Under the pieces are notes generated by a model. The model saw only the letters and a list, made by a program, of their open reading frames with translations, made no database searches and was not told the DNA's origin. This document shows, piece after piece, positions 57,342-64,000 of a DNA stretch of 64,000 nt. Both the position numbers and the translations under genes were made by a program. The DNA comes from Candidatus Bathyarchaeota archaeon. GTDB taxonomy: Archaea > Thermoproteota > Bathyarchaeia > Bathyarchaeales > Bathycorpusculaceae. The first letter of the stretch is position 1, and each line of letters begins with the position of its first letter. The stretch is from NCBI GenBank assembly GCA_963702095.1, contig OY969706.1, positions 2,624,001 through 2,688,000 on the forward strand. The letters are read 5' to 3'.

Positions 57342-57652
57342 GCAAGAAGAGAGTCGAACAATTTTTTAGAGGCTGGTTCCCTAAGGAGCACCTCCAGAAT
57401 TTCAAGACCACCAAATCAACACCTCAAACAAAAGCGGAACCCAATGGGCGGGCATTCAAGGTTGCACAGATTGCTAACGGAATTATGGTTAGCTTGTTTT
57501 TGGGTACCAATTTCCTATTCATCCGTCCGGTCTACGACAGCATCGAAGTCACCGTTTTGCAGTGGAGCATATTTGTTCCCATACTGATTGGGGTGAATAT
57601 TTTGATTTATCGTCATTATAAACAGCGTCTGCTGCCTAAAGGATGGTTCTAA
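57338..57652 (+). CDS. GWxPKE-motif membrane protein 2 (2 TM)
   Basis: MSKKRVEQFFRGWFPKEH; GGAGG RBS, ATGA overlap. Confidence 0.8.
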   Translation: MSKKRVEQFFRGWFPKEHLQNFKTTKSTPQTKAEPNGRAFKVAQIANGIMVSLFLGTNFLFIRPVYDSIEVTVLQWSIFVPILIGVNILIYRHYKQRLLPKGWF

Positions 57653-57969
57653 AAAGGGGGCTAAAACAACATACAAAAAAACTCTTCAAAGGTTGGCTTC
57701 CCAAAGACCCCTATGCATTACATTCAAGGGAAAGCGGCAATCACAAATCGAGTGCCACCGCCTACATTGTGGGATATGGAGTGGGTATTGGTATCGGTGA
57801 ACTCTACATTCTCTTGATTAACATACTTGGATGGGGTGCTATTGAAAGTAGTCTTAGCCACGTTTGGGGCATTCTTCCAGCAATGTTGGTTGTTTTTCCC
57901 GGAACCCTACTTGGTTTGGCAATAGGCACAAAACTCAGTAAGAAGCTCAAGGAAAGGTGGGTAAACTAA
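57643..57969 (+). CDS. GWxPKE-motif membrane protein 3 (2 TM)
   Basis: KKLFKGWLPKDP. Confidence 0.8.
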   Translation: MVLKRGLKQHTKKLFKGWLPKDPYALHSRESGNHKSSATAYIVGYGVGIGIGELYILLINILGWGAIESSLSHVWGILPAMLVVFPGTLLGLAIGTKLSKKLKERWVN

Positions 57970-57973
57970 AACT

Positions 57974-58486
57974 ATGAATCGAAAACGGCGTTTTGATAGT
58001 TGGTTCCGCGGGTGGCTTCCAAAAGAGCCCTCCCATACAAACCCTTTTCCAATCCAAACAAACCAGCAACCCAGCAAAAGACGCTACACTGCATACTTGA
58101 CAATTTTCGTTGGCGTATTAGCCGCAGTTTTTCTAACGATGTCTGCAGCGTATGGATTAGGTTTGGGAAATAATGACGCAACCTTTGCGGCGGCAACAGC
58201 AGGAGTTATGGCAACCATAGTTGTCAGCATAATGCTCAGAGCCCCCCGAGCACCTAACCAAAACAAACCCCTAACGGAAAAGGGGAGAAGAGCAGCCAAA
58301 ATAATCGCTGGGACAAACGCAGGCATGGTTGGCGTCTTCTTGGGGACATATTTCCTGGTTAACCCAATCATAAAGAGTGTAGAGTTGACGCTGGGTTTGT
58401 GGATTGTTCTTTTGCTTTCTATGTTTTTGGTTAACAATTTGCTGTATCGGAATTTCAAGAAGCAAACAGGTATGGAGGTTATGTAG
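57974..58486 (+). CDS. GWxPKE-motif membrane protein 4 (4 TM)
   Basis: MNRKRRFDSWFRGWLPKEP. Confidence 0.8.
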   Translation: MNRKRRFDSWFRGWLPKEPSHTNPFPIQTNQQPSKRRYTAYLTIFVGVLAAVFLTMSAAYGLGLGNNDATFAAATAGVMATIVVSIMLRAPRAPNQNKPLTEKGRRAAKIIAGTNAGMVGVFLGTYFLVNPIIKSVELTLGLWIVLLLSMFLVNNLLYRNFKKQTGMEVM

Positions 58487-59221
58487 GTGGATTCAAGAAA
58501 TCGCTTACGGAATCGACTCAAAGGTTGGTTTCCTAAAGATTCAGTCGCAGTATATCAGTGCACGGTAACAAAGCCTTCTTGGTGGAAATCTTTTTGGTCG
58601 GTTGCATGGATTTTCACCGAGCTTTTGGGAGTGACCAGTTTTGTTGCTTTGCGTATTCCTCTTTGGTATATGACAATTATCGGAGGCTATTTGGCTATCC
58701 TAGGCTTCGCCGCCGCATTCCACGGTATCGTTAAGCGTTCCTCCATAAACAGAGCCGTGTATATACTGTTGGGAATGACGACTTTAGGCTTACTCCTAAG
58801 CGTCGCCTACACATTCCTGTTTGGACCTTACGCGACTGCATGGCTTTCAGGTTGGTTTAACCTCATAGTCATCGTTGGAATTCAGATTGCAGGAGGCATC
58901 GTCGGCGACTTGATAGGGAAACAAAGAAGCTATCAAGAACTCCCCATCGGCTTTGAAGACAAGGAACAAACTAGCCGAATTTCTGAACAAGATAAAGCGA
59001 TTAAACTCAAGGTGATTTCGGTTTTGCTTGGAGCGCTCGGAGTGTGTGCCGGTGGCGGTGCAGCAGCTTATGCATATGTCTTTTTCGTTGAAATCGGAGT
59101 GCCTTCTTATTACGCTACGGTTTACGCTGTTATTTTGTGGCTTTCTGTCATTGCAATTTTTTGGTTTGCCGCTTTTAAGCTAAAAAGAATACAGCAATAC
59201 ATCACTAAGGAGGCTGCTTGA
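58487..59221 (+). CDS. GWxPKE-motif membrane protein 5 (about 6 TM)
   Basis: MDSRNRLRNRLKGWFPKDS; GGAGGT RBS, GTG start. Confidence 0.8.
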   Translation: MDSRNRLRNRLKGWFPKDSVAVYQCTVTKPSWWKSFWSVAWIFTELLGVTSFVALRIPLWYMTIIGGYLAILGFAAAFHGIVKRSSINRAVYILLGMTTLGLLLSVAYTFLFGPYATAWLSGWFNLIVIVGIQIAGGIVGDLIGKQRSYQELPIGFEDKEQTSRISEQDKAIKLKVISVLLGALGVCAGGGAAAYAYVFFVEIGVPSYYATVYAVILWLSVIAIFWFAAFKLKRIQQYITKEAA

Positions 59222-59225
59222 ATAC

Positions 59226-60695
59226 ATGAACAAAGAAAAAAGCCTGAAAAATCGTATTCGCGGCTGGTTTCCAAAAGAGCCGTACATGATTGGTAGGACG
59301 GTTAAGGTTGATATTGAAAATAAGCAACAGCCGCCATTGGTGCAGCCAGAATTTAAAGTAAGCGCTACAGTTACTGCTGGAGCAATTGCGGTTTTTTGGA
59401 TTCTTATCATAGTATTTCAATTAGATTTTGAGTTTCTTTGGAAAGATGGCACTTTAATTTACCAATTCGGATGGTTAATTGTGGGATTTACTGCTGGAGC
59501 AGTTTTTGGTGGTTTAGCCACTCGAACTCAACTTAACCGAATTTCAAAAAATTACAATATTTGTGGACACAGTAAAAAAGAGATGCTCTTGGTGTTGGTC
59601 CCTATGCTTGTATTGTTTGTTCCTTCAGCAATTTATCTCTTCACTGGCTTCTCAACTGATGGGCAAAGGCTCGCTCTTCTTCAGTCGGCATCTTCCATTT
59701 TTAGCTATGCAATCTCATTTTACATTATCAGATTCTTAGATTTTTATGTGTTTGAAAGAAGAGAAGGTTTGCGTTTAATGCAAGGTTGGCTTGGACTTGG
59801 AATTATCGTTATTCCAAAACCGCCGAATAGCCGTAATGTCTCAGGAAAAATGTCGAAAACAAGCGATTGGCTTGGTGGCATCTTATTCGTAAACACTCTA
59901 GCAGTAATTGCGGTCACCAGCGTTCTTTACTGGTTTGCAGTCATCAACGTTACTGGTTTTGCAATAATTTCCATTATTGCAGGGTCATTTTTTGTTTTAT
60001 TGTATGCGTTGGATGAAAAACTTAAAACAGATTTTCTGTCCAAAATAGGCATGGACAAGCGCAAAATCGTCAGCATCATCTTCGTTGTGATTGGTATTAT
60101 TCTATTGGTATTTTCTTTGGCTCTTGTGTCTCATGTTGAACAAAGATTAACTGAAGTCCCCCATCGGGAAAATCTTCTAAGCAAAGATTTTGACTTAGAC
60201 CGGCAAATACCCAATGCTACTGTTTCCGTTAATTTAACAACTCAAGATGCGATAGCTTATGGCATATTTCCAGCAAGCTACATCAATTCGCGCCTGAAAG
60301 GCTACTCAAGCATTGATTTTTCGATAAATTATAAACCTGCATCCGGAGGACCTCTGATTAAAGTATATGAGCGGAATAACATTTCCAGCCGCACCTTAGA
60401 TGGAGGCGGATATTGGTCAGTTACACAAAATGGAACTTACATCTTAACTCTTCATTACAATTACAATGAAACGATTCACGTTAACGAAAACATAGGCAGG
60501 GTTTGGTCAACGAGTGAATTATTACCGACCGTTGTTTACACGCCACTCCTCGCTAGCTATATGGCGCCAACGTTGATTATCGCTTCAGTCTTACTGACCG
60601 GTAGTGCAGTAATTCCAATTCAGCAGATTGCTAAGGCAAGTTACTTGAAACATAAACAAGGTAGCGGCTTTGCCTTCTCAGGGTTGAAAATTTGA
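59226..60695 (+). CDS. GWxPKE-motif membrane protein 6 (multi-TM plus extracellular beta-rich domain)
   Basis: MNKEKSLKNRIRGWFPKEP; GGAGG RBS; N-x-S/T sequons in the C-terminal domain. Confidence 0.8.
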   Translation: MNKEKSLKNRIRGWFPKEPYMIGRTVKVDIENKQQPPLVQPEFKVSATVTAGAIAVFWILIIVFQLDFEFLWKDGTLIYQFGWLIVGFTAGAVFGGLATRTQLNRISKNYNICGHSKKEMLLVLVPMLVLFVPSAIYLFTGFSTDGQRLALLQSASSIFSYAISFYIIRFLDFYVFERREGLRLMQGWLGLGIIVIPKPPNSRNVSGKMSKTSDWLGGILFVNTLAVIAVTSVLYWFAVINVTGFAIISIIAGSFFVLLYALDEKLKTDFLSKIGMDKRKIVSIIFVVIGIILLVFSLALVSHVEQRLTEVPHRENLLSKDFDLDRQIPNATVSVNLTTQDAIAYGIFPASYINSRLKGYSSIDFSINYKPASGGPLIKVYERNNISSRTLDGGGYWSVTQNGTYILTLHYNYNETIHVNENIGRVWSTSELLPTVVYTPLLASYMAPTLIIASVLLTGSAVIPIQQIAKASYLKHKQGSGFAFSGLKI

Positions 60696-61144
60696 ACGTA
60701 AAGAAAAATTTAGAGATGCGAATTAGAGGTTGGCTTCCAAAAGAGCCCAACTTCCAAAAAGGGCTACCGAGCAGAGGCACACTCAACAAGCGTGTGCTCG
60801 TTTGGCTTGCGGTTTCCTTCACGGTTTTCGTATTGGCGGTTGGGGGAGTGATTGTTTTTTTGTCGTGGTCTTCAGAGCAGGTTCTTGAAACCCTCAAGGG
60901 ATATTCTGCCAAACTGGAGGACGATGGCTTTACTGTTGAATCGAAGTCGCTTGCGGATTTTGGTGTGGAGTTTAAGCATGAGTGGTATTGGTTTGGGGAT
61001 TTCCGCAGTTTTGCCAAACAAGAAAACATTACAACCGTTTACTATGACCGAGAACTCAGTTGCCTGTACTATTTTACGCCGATTAGCCCCATCAACGCCA
61101 CGTTGGAGGCAAATATTCTCTACTACAACCATGTATGGGAGTGA
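60692..61144 (+). CDS. GWxPKE-motif membrane protein 7 (1 TM plus extracellular domain)
   Basis: MNVKKNLEMRIRGWLPKEP; TTGA overlap. Confidence 0.8.
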   Translation: MNVKKNLEMRIRGWLPKEPNFQKGLPSRGTLNKRVLVWLAVSFTVFVLAVGGVIVFLSWSSEQVLETLKGYSAKLEDDGFTVESKSLADFGVEFKHEWYWFGDFRSFAKQENITTVYYDRELSCLYYFTPISPINATLEANILYYNHVWE

Positions 61145-61148
61145 TGGC

Positions 61149-61727
61149 ATGGACTTGAAGAGAGAACTTGAAAGACACATCCGAGGTTGGTTACCCAGCG
61201 AACCACACATAACATACGCCTCTAGAACGGTTAAGCCACGTTGGCACAGACCCAAATGGATAGCATTCACATTGGCAACCATCATTATCCTATCAAGCCT
61301 CGTGTTCGTTGGTGCAAGAACATACATACGTTACAGTAACCCCCAAGCGGACATTACCGCCAGTTACTTCGAAAAATCCCTCAACTGCACCACCGCAAAA
61401 GTAGGAGACACCGTTGAAGTGAGCACCCGAGTGGGCTGGCATGGCTATATACTGCCGGAATTCGAGCGTCAAGTCCAAATCGTCGACCCCTATCCAGAGG
61501 GCATCTTCATGCTGGTCGGCGGAAACAACACTTGGCAATACAGCGGTTACGGGGGAAGCGACCTATACCATTACCAACTAAAAGTCATCAACAGCAGTCA
61601 AGCATCCGTCGAATTGCCTAAACCCAAACTGTACCTAGACAACACTGAGGTACCGTTGAGCGGTGAGAGAGTGCAAGTAGAGCTCACCGGATGGGGTAGG
61701 CGGTTAGACTGGGGGGTTGGTTTCTGA
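61149..61727 (+). CDS. GWxPKE-motif membrane protein 8 (1 TM plus Ig-like extracellular domain)
   Basis: MDLKRELERHIRGWLPSEP; KSLNCTTAKVGDTVEVS. Confidence 0.8.
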   Translation: MDLKRELERHIRGWLPSEPHITYASRTVKPRWHRPKWIAFTLATIIILSSLVFVGARTYIRYSNPQADITASYFEKSLNCTTAKVGDTVEVSTRVGWHGYILPEFERQVQIVDPYPEGIFMLVGGNNTWQYSGYGGSDLYHYQLKVINSSQASVELPKPKLYLDNTEVPLSGERVQVELTGWGRRLDWGVGF

Positions 61728-61898
61728 GTGGAGTTTGCCGGCGGTTGCCCAGTTTTCGCGGGGGCTTTCATGTATTAGAATTGTGGTGGCTTGGCTGGGG
61801 ATGCCGATGTCGTCGAAGACTTTGGTTATTCCTTCAACTATTTTCTTCTTATTTTCAGGGGTCATTCCTGTCCATACGTTTACTTCTACAAAAGGCAT
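61704..61898 (-). CDS. 4-oxalocrotonate tautomerase family protein
   Basis: MPFVEVNVW (catalytic Pro1), IHESPRENWATAG. Confidence 0.9.
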   Translation of the reverse strand: MPFVEVNVWTGMTPENKKKIVEGITKVFDDIGIPSQATTILIHESPRENWATAGKLHSETNPPV

Positions 61899-61978
61899 GT
61901 AATTCACCGTAGATGGTAGAGGCGGTGGGGCGGATTAATTTTTCTTTTTCTTCTTAAGGCAGCTAAGCACCCACTTTT

Positions 61979-62278
61979 TTAAGGATAAATCGGATCTTTC
62001 ATTTCAAAGATTCGCTCATGACCCTTACTCTCTTTAGAAATCACGCCTAAAAGATGGAGCTCGTTTAAATTTTTGCTCTCAAACGCGCGGCAACGCTGTG
62101 TTATTAGGCTGACCTGTGTGGCGGTTCCTGACTCTATCTTCTGCAACGCCAAAAGAGTCGGCAACAGGCGAGTTGAAACTTGAATTTGCACCTGAGGCAT
62201 CTGGCTAACTTTAGCGTTGAGCCCTTCAACCTCTCGTATAAGTTTAGTTAAAGTAGCTCTTATTTCAGCGTCCTTCAC
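61979..62278 (-). CDS. Small winged-helix DNA-binding protein with N-terminal coiled coil
   Basis: TATQVSLITQRCRAFESKNLNELHLLGVISKESKG. Confidence 0.75.
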   Translation of the reverse strand: MKDAEIRATLTKLIREVEGLNAKVSQMPQVQIQVSTRLLPTLLALQKIESGTATQVSLITQRCRAFESKNLNELHLLGVISKESKGHERIFEMKDPIYP

Positions 62279-62395
62279 TTTGCCCCACCATTGACCTTCT
62301 AGAAAAAGCTCATGGACTTGTTTGAATGGTTAGAAGATAATACTTCATATAAGGCTATGTTTGCACGATTGCGCTGTCACAAATAGACTTTTTTG

Positions 62396-62428
62396 GTGTA
62401 CTTTTGAGTGTGCTTTTGTGTGCTTTTG
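62396..62428 (+). repeat. Three tandem direct repeats TGT[AG]CTTTTG in the divergent promoter
   Basis: GTGTACTTTTG-A-GTGTGCTTTTG-TGTGCTTTTG. Confidence 0.6.
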
Positions 62429-62476
62429 TGGTTCACATGACTGCCAACAGCTAAAAGAACCCCTGTAAACCTCATA

Positions 62477-62935
62477 GTGGAGGATTTTAGTCTGAAGAAA
62501 AAAATAGCGATTGCAGCTGCCATTATCTTATCGTTCATAATCATGGCAGCAGGAACCTATGCGGTGCTTCTGGTTTCCAGAACTGTTCCGTCCACGGGCA
62601 GAATAACAACCATTAACGTGGGCGTTTATGGGGACAGCGCGGCAACCCAAGCATTAACCTCCATCGATTGGGGCAATTTAACAGCTGGAACCTCAACGAC
62701 CTATTCATTCTACATCAAGAACCCTGGCAACATCCGAGAGACACTCAGCATGTCAACAAGTGGATGGACTCCCGCGACGGCTTCGCAGTACATAACAATA
62801 ACGTGGGACCGCACCAACACAGCTTTGAATCCAAACGAAGTGATAATGGCTACATTAACGCTAACTGTCAATGCATCTATAGACACAAGCATAACAACGT
62901 TCAGCAACAACATTACTATAACTGGAACAGGCTAA
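62477..62935 (+). CDS. Secreted beta-rich surface protein (signal peptide ending GTYA)
   Basis: KKK + hydrophobic + AAGTYA; Thr/Ser-rich, IDWGNL, IKNPGN, sequons. Confidence 0.75.
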   Translation: MEDFSLKKKIAIAAAIILSFIIMAAGTYAVLLVSRTVPSTGRITTINVGVYGDSAATQALTSIDWGNLTAGTSTTYSFYIKNPGNIRETLSMSTSGWTPATASQYITITWDRTNTALNPNEVIMATLTLTVNASIDTSITTFSNNITITGTG

Positions 62936-63312
62936 TCACTGATGTCATCCTCGATGTCCATGGCTTCACGAATCAACTCAACTTCACGCACAGTCAACGG
63001 CTTATTAGTGGCTTTCAAAACTAAGCGCTCTTGCCAACCACAATCGGGACATTCATAGCTGGGCGGTAACATCCCAAGATGCCCCCACATGTCCCCGCCA
63101 ATGCTTTTCGCCCGACGAACTCTGGGGCTTTTACATTTAGGGCAAACCTGAATGTCTAAGCGGACACCCTGCTTTTCTAGTTCGTCAAGAGCTTGCGTGA
63201 CTTCAGCGGCATTTTGAACTGCGGTTTCTGCCTCAATCTGCTCCAGCATGGAGATTTTTTGTTTCCTTCTTTTTTTAGTCTGCACCTGTGTATCAGTCAA
63301 TCCTATGCACAC
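62932..63312 (-). CDS. Zn-ribbon hypothetical protein
   Basis: CPKCKS...YECPDCGW; true start may be downstream of 63312. Confidence 0.75.
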   Translation of the reverse strand: MCIGLTDTQVQTKKRRKQKISMLEQIEAETAVQNAAEVTQALDELEKQGVRLDIQVCPKCKSPRVRRAKSIGGDMWGHLGMLPPSYECPDCGWQERLVLKATNKPLTVREVELIREAMDIEDDISD

Positions 63313-63431
63313 TCTGTATGCTTGAATAGTAGCTGCATAAAGTTAGGTTTTCTGGTACACGGGTTTACTTTAGTACAGTGGTTTACAGAATACGATAAAT
63401 AGTTGCAGGGCAAACGTTTTGGGGATAACAA

Positions 63432-64000
63432 TTGAACCGAAAAGTTGCCCTAACCATTCTGCTTGCGTTATTGGCGGTTTCCATCTGCTTTACGACAACC
63501 GCAACATCTAACACGCACCTGCCCTTTATGATCCAAAGCCGCCATATGGAGCAGCTATCAGCAGTCGTCCCCGCCATAGTCGGCGCAGGCTTAAACGGCA
63601 ACACCGCAAACCCATTGGACCAACCCACAAGACTCCAAATATACAACTACATAAAAGAAAACCCCGGCGTGCATTTCAGGGGCATATGCAACGGCTTAAG
63701 CTTATCCGTCGGCGTCGTCCAGTACCACCTAATCGTGCTGGAGCATGCTGGCTTGATTAACAGTTTCACTGACGGGCAAAACAAGAGATTCTTTGAGCAC
63801 ACCGCGTTTAAAGCAACAGATGCTAAACTGACTTCGCTGATGCACCATGATACCGCCGCCAAAATCCTAACAACGCTGGCTCGAAATGATACGGTTCTCC
63901 ACAGGGATTTGGCTTGCAGTGTAGGAATATCATCACAAGCTCTGTCTTGGCAGATGAACCAGCTTAAAAACACCGGTTTAGTCAACGCTGAAAAGGTAGG
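63432..64000 (+). CDS. Membrane-anchored double winged-helix regulator (COG3398-like), 3' truncated
   Basis: Manual translation from TTG: NRKVALTILLALLAVSICF...TRLQIYNYIKENPGVHFRGICNGLSLSVGVVQYHL...HRDLACSVGISSQALSWQMNQL. Confidence 0.85.
   Translation, partial: MNRKVALTILLALLAVSICFTTTATSNTHLPFMIQSRHMEQLSAVVPAIVGAGLNGNTANPLDQPTRLQIYNYIKENPGVHFRGICNGLSLSVGVVQYHLIVLEHAGLINSFTDGQNKRFFEHTAFKATDAKLTSLMHHDTAAKILTTLARNDTVLHRDLACSVGISSQALSWQMNQLKNTGLVNAEKV

Noticed and set aside
60852-61148. N-terminal extension of ORF 60852-61727
   Set aside because: It overlaps gene 7 in another frame; the motif position places the start at ATG 61149.
57021-61727. Motif array as a CRISPR array or integron cassette array
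   Set aside because: The repeat is coding with synonymous variation, spacing is irregular, genes overlap with no room for attC-like sites, and there is no cas or integrase gene in the window.
1-64000. tRNA, rRNA, transposase, integrase or provirus genes
   Set aside because: None recognised by eye; tRNAscan-SE or Infernal would be needed to exclude small or intron-containing RNAs.

Overview
This 64 kb window is archaeal and anaerobic. The gene content points to Bathyarchaeia (inference): an archaeal cooC-cdhABCDE acetyl-CoA pathway cluster, ftr, cofE, an FrhB-like gene, two deoxyhypusine synthase homologues, an archaeal ArgRS, and many metal and redox genes (copA, fprA, znuABC, a NikR-like regulator, Prx, a NifX/NifU/P-loop cluster). 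The standout feature is a putative membrane signalling system present at two loci. At 56542-61727 a sigma70-region-4-like HTH gene is followed by eight tightly coupled, mostly dissimilar membrane-protein genes. All eight start with the same N-terminal motif, [RK]GW[FLI]P[KS][ED]. At 27610-28932 (- strand) a paralogous HTH gene is coupled to a membrane protein with a Cys variant of the motif (IDYCPQP). Both regulators have the same 24-bp palindrome (CTGTAA-N12-TTACAG) 8-9 bp before their start codons. Only the regulator paired with the Cys-motif partner keeps a CxxC-x5-C cluster. Also found: about seven copies of a MITE-like intergenic repeat (two of exactly 180 bp with terminal inverted repeats), three apparent 1-bp frameshifts, and probable ACG start codons for cdhD and cofE. 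No rRNA, tRNA or CRISPR array was seen. All family assignments are by eye; no searches were run.
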